Shown: positions 15,461 to 28,340 of the stretch, piece after piece
How positions within the stretch are numbered: position 1 is the stretch's first letter
Layout: each line of letters starts with the position of its first letter
Source: Antedon mediterranea
Taxonomy: Eukaryota; Animalia; Echinodermata
DNA: 64,000 bases
NCBI RefSeq assembly: GCF_964355755.1
Contig: NC_092680.1
Coordinates: forward strand, 4,650,001 to 4,714,000
Reading direction: 5' to 3'
Translations under genes and position numbers: made by a program
The notes under the pieces: generated by a model
Database searches by the model: none
Seen by the model: the letters and a program-made list of their open reading frames with translations, nothing else
What the model was told of the DNA's origin: nothing

Positions 15461-18400
15461 ATGGAATAATCTTAGAGGACAAACTGTAATGACATAAGTT
15501 AATGAAGAGGAAGGTCAATGTTAAACTTGTTGGCATACTACCATTGTAACGTTGTCAAGATTTCGCTACAGGCAAAGATACATAAGTTGATTACTTAATT
15601 TGTATGTGTTCTTGAAACAGGGTCGGGGAGGATTCTAAATTACTCTGATTTTATTATGAGCAAACTTACTCATATAATTCAAAATAAACATTTATCAGTC
15701 TGTCAATCATTACGTAGTTCCTTGTCATGTAATAGACATGTCTAACTTCGACAACAGTACCAAATAGGCCTACATTTACTTTATGCAATATATTTTAATT
15801 TAATCAAAACATTATTATCTAGGCCTAATTGTCTAGAAGTGTAGAGCTGGTATTAAGCCAGAGACTGGGTCATCATAGAATGGACTTAAAGATCAGAAAG
15901 GCCTACAACTATATATATGGACATTTTGATAGAATATAAATATATTACAAATTGAATTTTGTTTCATCTTAATGGACATAAGAATACAGTAGGCCTAACT
16001 TGGTATCCATTTAACTAGAAGATAAAACGTACTTTATTATATCATAACCATATGGATTTGCCATTCTGGGTTAACACCTATTGCTGCCTCTTATAGGCTA
16101 CTATATTTATGTAGATCTACATTAGTTAATCAACACCCGCTATGCCAAATAATTTTTAGCCCTGACTTTGGTTCAGGTTAGGATACCATACGTGCTTAAA
16201 TTCTAGCGGGTAGAGGCGCGTCACGCTGGGTACCTGAGTATCGGTGATGAAACTGGAGTCGGCCTGAATTTGACTTGGCTAGCCCGTCGATCTCTGAGTC
16301 ATCGTAAAAGGTCGCAAAGTTGACCGTTAATTTTGGGCGTGGAGTTGGAATTTTAGATTGATGAAGTATAGTGTTTTCTTTACAAATTTTAATTTTTTTT
16401 TTCAAAAAATAAAATTGATGAATACTGATTAGATTAGATTACTGTCTATTCTCACTGCCATTATCTTAATCGCTTAATTCCGGCCTTCTCATATTGATCA
16501 ACATTTTTTAATTCTTGAAGTGGAGAGGGAGATGCATGACGGCTTCCCGTCGATGTTAGCCGCCAATGAAGGCTTTTGTCAATGCCGTGTGGTCAAATAT
16601 GTAACATTCAAAAATAATTAGATGGTAAGATATAACACGATAACACCTGGTTAATTCAACCCATCTTACATAATAATAATACATTTGTGAACTTCTTGCT
16701 GAAAAACATCAAATACACAGTGACTGACAAAGACGAAATTCTTATAGAAAATCATACAGAAGTGTTATCTATTATAACGTAACATTTTTTACAGGGCAAA
16801 TACGATACAAAATATACAGCATTAGGTTAATTAAACATTAAAATGTTAAAGCCCTTGACCACGCCCAAATATTCCGAATCTGCTACTTGAAATTAACCAT
16901 TATGAAGGATCTTGGTGACGAACATACGCTGCGACATTGAGTGCGAGAAAGACTATAACTACATTACTACTTTTAGGCTTCTGATGAGAAGGAAAGATGT
17001 CTGTGAAGCTAATTATGAAACCTACATTGAAAAAATAGGACACATCTGATCATGCTCTATCACGCTACAAATACACGGAACAATAATAATTATTAACATT
17101 CTTTATCATAACCAAAGAGGTGTAAAAGAAATAGGTAAAATGAATGTAAGATGAATAAATAATCATGATCCATTTCAATATTATTAGGATTGGCATCGGT
17201 AACAAAGATTGGCATCGGTAACATTCTCTTTTGGGTTCGAATAATACACCATCCTTGTTGTAGGAACAATAACAATATGGAACTTGGCCTACATAATCAT
17301 AATAACTATGCGCGTGATGATTACATAACTTCACAAAGATTGGATGAAAAGTAAAAATAACAATGTTGGTTAAATTTAATTAAATGTTTGGTAAACACAT
17401 TTTCCCGAGTCCGTTGTGACTTAGAACATCAATAACTATGTTGATTAATCGAATCCATAATCATTAAATTAAATTGCTGGGACTAAGTGAAAGTGATTTT
17501 TCCTGAGGGGTGGGATGTGATCAATAACTAAATTAATGGATTCGTCCTAAATCAGTAATATTGTTTTGAATCTCAATACTATAGCGTCAATAATTGAATG
17601 CTTTAGAGCAACATGGATGTTTTGACAGTAAATTCAGATTACAGTATTTCAACCTTTATTTTCACACACTGACTAAATTAGGGAAAATAACATTAATACC
17701 ATGCCTTACATTTCGTTCACACTGTCTTACATCGTTAACTTGGTAAAAGGGCGTACAAACTGAAAAATCTTTAGGGCCAAGGGAGATTCAAGTATAGGCT
17801 AGATTATAAATGTCTACCAAAGAACAATTTTAAATGACATAAATACATTACAAGCAGTTACTTTAGCAAGATATTAACAATTGAAATATTTATACTATAT
17901 CGCTGGTGGAAAGTATAATGGTGTAAAATATTCGAACTATCCCTGGATTACTAAAATAGGTCAATAGCGTTTATGGGACCTTAAAACGCGTCAGCAAGAT
18001 AAGTACATTGATGTTGAATTTCTTGCAATCCTTCACACATTAGTACAGCATTTTGATTGAAAGGTAATGATCTTTCAATGCAAAAGTTGAAATGATTATT
18101 GACATGTGTTGTGTAGACATTTAACACATTACTACTTGGCAGTCACTAGAGCTTCTTAACTCGCCACACAGATTAGAAAAACACGAAACGCTGGTACATA
18201 AAGAGATCGAAAAATATTGAAATAATGTTTATATTTATTTAAAGTTTGAATTTTTTTTTCTAGTTTCATAACATTTTTTAAATAATTGTAGGCCTTGTCA
18301 TAAAGCAAGGTATAGACTAATAGTTTAGGTTCTAGACCGAAATTAGTAAAAAGATAAATATTTTGGCATATGTGGCGTTTCATACGTATAGTACATGAGC

Positions 18401-21400
18401 TCGTTTTTTCAGACATATATAGATAGGCCAACCAAATTGTAGAGCACTTGATGCCATTGAGACTGATATGATATTGTGAATTTCCCCCTTATATAACTAA
18501 CGAGATTACGGACACTATTACACTACGATATGATACAGTAGCTTATCTTCCTAGATCTTTGTTAAACGAACTCTTTATATTTATGGAAATAGTTTCACAC
18601 GTTTTTGATTATTTTGGAATCAAGTCCGTGAGCAATCATCTAAAATCTATTCAGATAATGTGATGAATTATTTATTTAATGTATTGACACAAAAAAAGTA
18701 CAAGAGGTTAGAGTAGGCCTACTTGAGACAGTTTAAAGTTTCTAAAAAATGTTACTGAGGCCTATAGCATACTGAATAGGCGTAACATATCTCCGCATGT
18801 TGTCATTATTATTAGTACTAGTAGGTAAGGTATGGATAGCTTGCAAGTCAAGCCTAATAGTACGTACACACTTTAACCCGATTTTACAGCTATCGCTAGG
18901 TAGATGTTAACTGACTATTGACAGTCATCGACACGTTGTGCCATAATACAAACTCTGTAAAGATTCCAAACCACATAGCTAACATCCATTATCCCCAAGA
19001 ACAAATAAAAATCACTGATTTACCAAAAATCATAGTTTATAAATAGCTTTATCTAATAGTTTATTGGAGTCACGGATAACAGTACATACATTTTCAGGGC
19101 CTATTTTTCTTCGGCTAAATGAATTTAAGTTTGTATTTAATTGAATAGTAAAACGCAAATAATAGTTAGGCCTAATATCATTGCTCTCTGATTAATTACC
19201 GTATAGAAAGAATTGTAAGTCTAGCTAAAGCTTGGTCTTCCAGATCGCAATTCACAATCTATCAATACATTGATCCGAGTACTAAGAAGTTGTTGGTGAA
19301 ATTATTGACAGTGAAATTACTGAATCTGATCTCTGACCGCTATGTTCCCATGTTTATCTGTTTCTTCATGTTATCGTATTATTTGATACACTGACATATG
19401 GCTAAGTATGTAACTATAACTGATGTCATATCTTTATGTAAATTACATGATTAGATAACGAAAATGAAGTGAATACATCAATGCTCTTCTCTGTCGAAAG
19501 AACTCTCAATCACTTTCAACAAACTTTATTAACGTTATTTCGTACACAATTTCAGGTTTAATTTCAACTTGAATATCTTTGTAAAAGTACAAGAAATGAA
19601 TTAGAATTATAGAAAGATAGTCTTGACAGTATTTATGTTGCAAGTTACACTAGTTTAAAAAAAGTGTGCAGAAGGAGGCCAAAATAAGTTAGGAAATAAA
19701 CTTTAAGCCATGACCACCAGACAAAACAGCATTAAATACGTTTAGTAATCTAATAATCACATGTTAGTTCCATTGCTATATTAAAGAAAAAATACTAAAG
19801 GTATAATTGACCGAAAATCTTAATAAAAATTAATCATTGATCAAGCGCATTACTATATAAGAATAATGAAAATGTATTGTTTTGTAATTACTATACCGAA
19901 ACTATTGATTCCCTCAGTTGTTTTATACCAAAAAGATAGGTACCCCTTATTTTTTTTCTCCAGAAAGATAGGTATTACGGTAGAAGCAAGCGGAGCTTCC
20001 CTCATGTAGTTGACAAGGTAATTTGTCCAGACCCGGGAGACGCCCCGTGGTATTTATTTCAATCATCGAAACTATATAATGTAAAGTTTGAAAAACACCT
20101 GGTAAAGTTTAAATGTATAATTATTATATCAAATACAGTTAATATATGAATTTAATCTATCATTGGCTTACATGCCCGAGGGCGCTAACTCGACCATTGA
20201 TTGAGAAAAGTACTTGAATAAGCATAAATTCTTAAAACACTAGCCAATTCATAAAGAAAGTAGTCCTATATTTAGTATTTAAAAAAAATGATAACGATAC
20301 TTTCATTTCGGATGTACTTCCCACTTAAGCATTTTGAAATAGATGAAAAACGAACCCAACGAAATTCTTGATATTCGCGATAGACTCATCGATACCGAAA
20401 TTAAAAGTACGTCATCAATTCAATTTCAATTTCTATCTCATAACAAGTGCTATACACAGTACTCTTAAATTTGAGTAAAACAACATCGATGGCATCATTA
20501 TCGTTATCAATATCTTATCATCACAATTGTCATCAAAATCTTATCATCATTCATATTTTTATCATTAGCAACATCATTGTTTATTTACAGTATACTATCC
20601 TTAAATCATCACATGGATTCATTCACATTCAACTTCAAGTATTAATGTCAAAGTTTCGATCACTGTCTTCACACATGTTTACTTTAAACACAACACTCAA
20701 TTCGTTCTAGACACTAGTAAACCAACAACAGTATACAATTATTCAATGAATTATTAAACATACCTTACATTTGAGCATAATATACGGTATAGTCATCTAT
20801 CTCTCCAGGGGATCTTTTAATAGACTACGCCTTAAAAAGTTAAAAATCGTGATTTAGTTTATGTTTCCGACACCTGTTGAAACCGTTGATACCTATGTTT
20901 TTACCAGTATCGTTACGTCTGTAAGAAGTAGAGAGAGAGTAGAGTACAGATAGATAATAATGTCAGGAGTAACTGTTGGTCTGTCTGTCTGTTTGTTTCG
21001 GTAGATTGTTAACTAACATCAATTGTTATCGGTATTGTTAGCGAAGAGTGAAATTGCACTCTTCCCTCATGGTATTATATTGTCATTTTGTGTGTGACGT
21101 AAAAACACGGTATCAAACTTCCAATCCGTGAAATCAGCGATCTGAGAAATACTGTACAATTACGACTTAGAAATAACGAATGTTAGGCTACATTTAATCG
21201 ATAATATGCTTTCTCTGTTAATAATCAGTAATTATCTGTGTATATTTATGTTCATAAAAAGTTTGTAAATGACATATTTCCAGGAGGGAGTTGATAAACC
21301 TCAAATTCAACTTTGGTCTCTGAACTTCCAAACAGGTGTGCGTTAAGCAAGTGACATTCGTTATTCCACATGCCGAATGTGTCGTCGGCATAACATGTGG

Positions 21401-21685
21401 ATGATGAGTATAATATGTGCGTAGTGTTTACACGCAATGTGTCATGTCTGAAAAACATCAACTTTTATATTAAAACGATCATCAATCATCATGATCATCG
21501 TCTGAGTTTGAATGCTTTTATGTTTTCAAAAATACTTTAAATTGTTTGTGTTGACATGGTTTGTTGACTATTCATTATTAAATTGTTTCTGTTCATTTGA
21601 TTTGAAACGTCTATCAATGCCTGGTTTAATCGACAATTTGCAAACATTTCATCGTTTTGAAAATATATGAAGCAATATTTTTGTC

Positions 21686-22105
21686 TAGGTTGAGTCTTTT
21701 TTTTTTTCTTTTTTTTTATTCAGTATAAATATGCAAAAGAAAAACAAAACCGACACAGCGGTGACATGAGGCAAAACAAAATAAATTAAATTCTCAAAAG
21801 GCAAAAAGCAAACATAAAATGTATAAAAAGGTATATCTTCTTAGTTCTCCATTTACCCAAGACAATAAATTTCGTCTTGGTTTATCAAAATAAAATCTTA
21901 TAAAATCAGAAGTTTCCAGTCCTCATTAAATAACTCTATATTGTCGTTTATCAAATGTAAGTACTCTTCTATTTTTATAATACGACTTAAAAAATTAACC
22001 AGACCTGAATTTGATGGTTTAATATCAGAACATCTAGATATGTAAATAAAATATTTTACCAAAATGACAAGAATATTTACAGCATATAGCATAGGTTGAG
22101 TCTTT
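21686..22105 (-). mobile_element. 5'-truncated L1/Tx1-clade non-LTR retrotransposon insertion with poly(A) tail and 14-bp TSD
   Basis: TSD TAGGTTGAGTCTTT at 21686-21699 and 22092-22105; poly-T on plus at about 21697-21717; ORF 21898-22092 (VNILVILVKYFIYISRC..P...F....KIEEY......IELFNEDW) resembles the L1/Tx1 ORF2 C-terminus. Confidence 0.8.
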
Positions 22106-22809
22106 ATAAAAATATTTATAGTGTCAATAATCTATGTTACGGAGAACAATTCATTCTACTCAGGCCATGATTCGAACCCAAGACGCTAACAATCACCAAA
22201 CCACAAATCTAGTTTAATTCATTAATGCATTCACTCAATCTTTTATTTAGGAATCTGAGTCTATAGAAAGTAAAATAATACGTGTAAATTATATCTGTAC
22301 TGTTACTGTACTAATTACCACTACTTATAAATTATAGGCCTAATTGATCATTTCTTATGACAATCCCACCCATTTGCTGACACAATGCCAACGGTCATAA
22401 TTTTTTTATTATAAAGTTTATCTTTAATAGTGAAATATACACTCTGGTTGTTGTTTACGTTGGCCTGAGGTGGACCTATGTTGTTTCTTTGTTGCATTTG
22501 AAGTGCTGAAGAGTTTATACTAGTTAGGGCCTACTCTGTGATTGCTACAACAGTCTATCAGAGTGTGTTGATTCAGTTGGTCTGCCAAAATGCTATGTTC
22601 TAACTTCATTGAGCAAATTGAAATATATACTTATTTTTAAGAGATGAAGAAAACAAACAACTTTAGTTAAGGTATGAAGCACATTTGTAATGTGTGTTAT
22701 GACGTTGACGAATTAATGTTTCTGATGTTATCACGAAATTATAATTATTTGAAATTGGCGATGGGGGTGGTTGTGGAGGTCTGGTTGTTATTTTTTGTGA
22801 CTGTTTTCC

Positions 22810-23090
22810 GGTGGTGGTTGTTTTGGTGGTGTGGTGGTGGTGGTGGTGGTGATGATGGTGGTGGTGTTGATGTTGGTGTTGATGGTGTTGTTGGTGGTGG
22901 TGTTGATAGTGGTGGTGGTGTTAATGGTGGTGGTGGTGATGTTGTTGTTGATGGTGGTACACGTGTTTATGGTTGTGGTGATTGTAGTGGAGATTGTGGT
23001 GTGGTGGTGGCGGTGGTGGTTGAAGATGACGGTGGTTTTACCAATGCTGATTGTTGTGATGATGATGGTTGATGAATGATAATGATGATC
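22810..23090. repeat. Imperfect (GGT/GAT/GTT)n trinucleotide microsatellite
   Basis: Directly visible; explains three overlapping low-complexity ORFs. Confidence 0.95.
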
Positions 23091-26000
23091 GACGACGTTA
23101 TTTGGCATTGATTGGTGAGTATAATTATTGATTAACACTAGGCTAAGTACAAAACAAGAAACGATTCTGTTTTTAAACCACTTTCACAAAAATTTAGTAT
23201 CAATTAAAAGTCTTAAGAAATAATTATTCCAAAATCGTATTGAATTGCTATAGTGTTATGTTTATTCCATTTACCACCTACCACTTATTGATCTCCAGGG
23301 CATATCGATTTCAAATTGCCATTGGATGTGTTTATTTTATTCGTACGTAACTTAAAAGCAACACAAAATGACTTTCCGTTCCTTTAACACACTGTATTTC
23401 TGAACTCAGGGGTGAGTGGATTACTATTCGGTACTAGAACGACTATTGAGGTTATTAACAACCGCAATCAGGATCATTACAAGTCGATACAATTTCTTTT
23501 TTCAATTTGGTCCAGTTCCAGTTTTTCTAATCACAATTTGGAAATTCTTACCACAATATACTTTATTAATTCGTCCGATTCAGTCGAAGCAACTCACGTA
23601 GAAATTTACCTCACACACGAGGCGTAACGCGTTTGGTTAGCATGAAATAGACGCAAATATTGTGAAACGCGATGACGTCACAAAAACTGGCGAGTTAGAT
23701 ACGTTATAGGCATATAACATTTTAAACAAATCGGATCTCGTAGTTAAACTATGAAGCTAAACAATAAATGTTATACTATTAAAAACATTTCATGACGTCA
23801 TGAAATATGGAATTAGATAACAATTTGGAAGATAGAAATTGTGATTTTTATATTGGGTAACACACTGGAAGTAGTATAGAATGACAATACTACCTCAACA
23901 TTAAGGGAATGAACTTGAATTTACCAAGGTCAGTTTCTTTAATTACATAGTACTCACCAATTAGGATGTATTGTAATTAATACCAGACATTACGTAACAT
24001 TTATAACAATAATAACTGTGCTTCAATCACATGTTTGACCGTGAAACAGTGTTTGACGACAAATAAAATGCAGAATTTTAACAAGAGAAATAATTATAAA
24101 CTGCATCATAAAATGTCATTGCCAAGTTGTTGACATAATTATATCAACAACTTGACCCAGCGAATGACATGCCACACCGAAAAGAAATCAAATGACCGGC
24201 GGATTAAACGACCGGTCGATAGAAAACGGATCATGAACGATGATACATTAAACAGTTGAGTGAAGAACATTTGGAAATCACAAAAAAAAACAGCAAACCA
24301 GTTCGCCCCTGTTGCAATCCACAACCAAAGGCGACTAAAAAAGGAAGCCAGAGAACCACTTTATGACCAGAATATGGTTAAAGTTATAGGTTAGCATGAC
24401 AATTAGTGACGTATACTTATATTTATCATTATTCTTACCTTTTTATAACAACAATTGTCTGATGTAAGCTGGCAATAAAGGATAAATTTAACAACTCGAG
24501 TTTAGCGGTGGCCTACGGTTTGTTTGTTTGTTTGTTTGTTTGCTTATTTTTACTCCTCGACAAAATGATGAACTCATAAAAAGGTAGAAACACCAGATAT
24601 TTATCTTTTTATTAATATTAAGTCAAAACTCCGTCTAGAACCTAGACTAAATATAAGGCCAAGGAGTTGAGTAAGGGCTCTCGCAGAATAAGAATAATAT
24701 AACAAGCTCGTCACAGTCAATCCCTTAAGCTTGTCAACATACAGCATAGCTGACGCATTATCCCGGAGTGTTGACGCATTTTGAAATGTCAGTCAATGGA
24801 TTGAATGAAGGACACTGAACATAATTACATAACGAGTTAAGATGTACGCAATAAATAGGCTAATGCATATATTTGCACCAGGTTGCATGAAAAAGGATTA
24901 AGAACGTATAAAGTCAATTTAATCAGGTTATGTATGACATCTGTCTATCCTTATTTTAGAATTATCGCTAATTTTACCGATAAAAATATTTCACAATGAC
25001 GTCTTAATTTACATGTAGGCGATTCTGTAGATTTTAATTGGCTATTCTAATTAAATATAATTATTTCAACATCTGTCAACATCTACGTGAAAAAGGTTGA
25101 AAAAACAGTTTTTAAAAACGCAGTCAATTAACACGAATTGTTGTGCACGTACAGCGATTATCTGACATAGACATCATTAAACAAGTAGGCCTAAAAATTA
25201 AGAAATGAATATAGACAGGACATCTCGCCAAAATGAACGAACAATGTACAAAATTATCACGGAATGACTCCGGCAGGCACAGGAGACCGAGTTAAAGACC
25301 AAATGGAGCTAGAGATTTCGGTTGTAGAATTTGCATGATAGTACACCCATGATAAGAGCACGTACAGCACAGAAACGAATCGCTTTGGGAAGCATTCACT
25401 GATGACGTGGCTGAAACGAGGATGAATGATGACGCAATTGTTGGCCATAACTCTCATCGTCCAAGAGGAACGTTCAATGATGTAACGGAGAGAATCGGTG
25501 AGGAAGATAAAAAAATCAGGCATAAAATGTTACTACCAATACTGTTTCTTGAATGTTTTGTGTAATTGTGATACTATAAGCCTATTTTGTAAACACATTC
25601 TGGTTTTTTTTTGTAGCGTTTTAATAAGGGTCTCACGATGACATTAATAAGTATACCCTACATATTTTAATACCGATGTATTGCATAAAATAACAATAAC
25701 AACATCTTGAATATCAAGGTCAAACGCATTGCCTGATAATTGTTAATCATGTTGATTGCATAATCTTGGGACTTGACATTCGCTCTCAGTGAGACGAAGG
25801 CAATGAGTATGGTTGCAATTTATAGCACTAAAGTTGTAAACATAATCAGATTTAGCTGTAAAATAACTAAATGTTTTAGTGACGTAGGTCTATGTTAGAT
25901 AATAGACTAACCGCAGCAGTGAACGCATTACTATTACATTTTACGGTTTAAAAGTGGTGAAAAGAGAATAATACATTTATGGTGGACAAATGGGCGGGAC

Positions 26001-28125
26001 GACATTTGACAACGCGTTAGATTATTTATCGCCTGTCATATCAATATTTGTAATGATATAATAACTCACAGGTGACTTTTAAAATCTGTCGTGACATTAG
26101 TATATGTCAGTCAAGATATCGATCATAATAAAACAACATTATCATTAAATATTATCTTTTCCACCATGTTGATAATTGTAATGTGTTTGATACGATAGTA
26201 TTTGTCATTTTTACAACTAGGTACAAATGAAATGTGATTGGTTTATTTACATTTGATATACATACAATATACAAATATAATGAAAAAAAAAAAAACAATA
26301 AATTAAAGAGATTTAACAAACTTGCTTTTAAATAGGCCTACATGAATAGAATTATAAGCAAACTATTGTCGGCAACGTTTAGTGTTTTGATTCCGAGTTA
26401 TCAGTCTAGCAGTTTGGCTCTTAAATACACAACTTAATTTACTAAATTAATTACCGGTAATGATTTGATTAAAAACAGACAATTCTTCACTGGAAAGTAG
26501 AAATATATGAATATATAACATCAATAAAAATACATACTTATGAAAGAAAGTGATGACTGATCTGACCAATATAACATAACATGGGATTATTATGTCTATG
26601 CAATACGTCGATTACGTAAGTATAAGTTTCAAAATTATCATATAAGAATCGATATGATGCTTTAATACACTTTGGAACATCTAATCAAGGAAGGTTTTGT
26701 TATAAAACGAACGGACGGGATATTTATGACACTATTGGGTCACGATTATATTCGATAACGTAAGTATAAGTTTCAAAATTATTATATAATCGATAATGGT
26801 GCTTTAGTACACTTTGGCCCACCTCCCTTCTAGGGACATCTAGTCAAGAAACACACCTATTTTGAGAACATTTTCCTGTAAAACTACAAGAGATTCACGA
26901 TCCAGATACACTTATATTAAGGGGATATTTTTGGGTCACGAAAGTGATCATTGTATTAATGAATAACAAACATTTGTTGACAAGTTGGCGTTCAAATTGC
27001 CCAATTTAAGGCATGCGTTTATTGCATGTTTCGGGCCTACATTACAATGGATTGTATAACAAATGAGGACGAACTCCTTGTGGACGCTTTCGCTTCATCA
27101 ACATCTTTTCTACATGAGCGAACTTCGTAATTCGAATCTCTTCAGCAAATAAATGAAATTCAATACAAATAACAACAACTTGAAAAGTTTTCTTTTCCAG
27201 ACAAAAACTAACTTTAAAAGGTATTCCCCTATGACAAAGAAGCTATACATTTTGTGCAGTGATTGACGGGGCCTAGACGATACACAGTGGATTCGAACAA
27301 TACATTTACTAAAGCTAAACTTTATAGGGTTAAAATAATCTGCCTTTATAATGTATCACAGTATATAGGTAAACAAAATAGTACCTACACAAAAAAACAA
27401 AGGGTAACATAACAGCTGTTTTGGGTTTATTAAAATTCTTCATTCATTATTATTCCTTATTTATAGTTATAATTATGAAACAATAGTGACTACCATGTCC
27501 CTGTTACCCTCTTCAGCATCGGCGTGCAACACGCCCGCGATTATCATTCTATAATAATTATATTACCACCAAAACAACTGACGTAAGTTAATGACAATAA
27601 GCTCGAGGAAAATTAGTTGTATAAGGTTTAAATATCAATAAACAATATATTCTAACATTCTGACATTAAATTGGTAACTTCAACACGTTGGTACTATGTA
27701 TGCCTAAAACATTCCATGTTTCTCTCACCATTTCATTTATTAATGAATGGTCGACGATTCGTGCTTTAAACGTACAAAGCATATTATGAGACAGTGGGGG
27801 TAGACCTGTAAGTCATTAATGGTTGTTGTTGATTCCGGCTTTTCTGGTACTGACAGCGTTGATGTGAAAATATCATGAACTTTGATACTTAAGTATACGC
27901 CAGACATGATATGATTGGTTATGAATTGATATAAATCATTTCTACATGATGTGGAAGGCATGATTGATGATTGATATGCTGCAATGTGCCATAGACCTAG
28001 ATAGATGACTTAGACAATGTAAAAACAAAACAACATGCTTAGAACACAAGGTCTAACGCTTTGTTTTGTAGGGGTGAGGGGATCTTTTACCCCCAGGTTT
28101 ACTACAGCCGGAAGCCTCCTTATAT

Positions 28126-28340
28126 ACTTGGTTTCCACACAAGGAAGTAACTCAACGTAAGTGATTTGACGAATCACAAGCGATGGATTCACTGCAGGTC
28201 AACTCGCTTGCGTTGCGTCAAAACGTCCTTACGTTGGGAAAATCACCTTAACGCTTGGTTCCTACTACAGATACAAACCAAGGACGTAACGTAACGTAAG
28301 TGAGTTGACCAATCGCAAGGGATGGATTATTCGAACTGTC
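28126..28340. mobile_element. Two adjacent degraded copies of MITE family A
   Basis: CTTGGTTTCCAC...ATCACAAGCGATGG...GCTTGCGTTGCGT, then a second start GCTTGGTTCCTACTA...GGACGTAACGTAACGTAAGTGAGTTGACCAATC. Confidence 0.65.

Noticed and set aside
16150-16190. Resemblance to the telomerase RNA pseudoknot (TTTTT..CTGACTTT..TCAGG)
   Set aside because: No CTAACCCT template upstream and no complementary P3 strand found.
16244-16297. Box C/D snoRNA-like GTGATGA...CTGA...CTGA
   Set aside because: Only 54 nt, no terminal stem, no recognised rRNA guide and no plus-strand host gene; nearby TGAGTCA and GGGCGTGG suggest an enhancer instead.
16975-17010. CTGATGAGAAGGAAAGATGTC hammerhead-like motif
   Set aside because: Lacks stem II and a pairable stem III; likely chance.
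22674-23138. Three overlapping Gly/Val/Thr-rich ORFs
   Set aside because: By-products of the trinucleotide microsatellite.
25404-25428. CTGATGA...GAAAC hammerhead-like motif flanked by CATTCA/TGAATG
   Set aside because: No stem II can form and there is no UH cleavage triplet.
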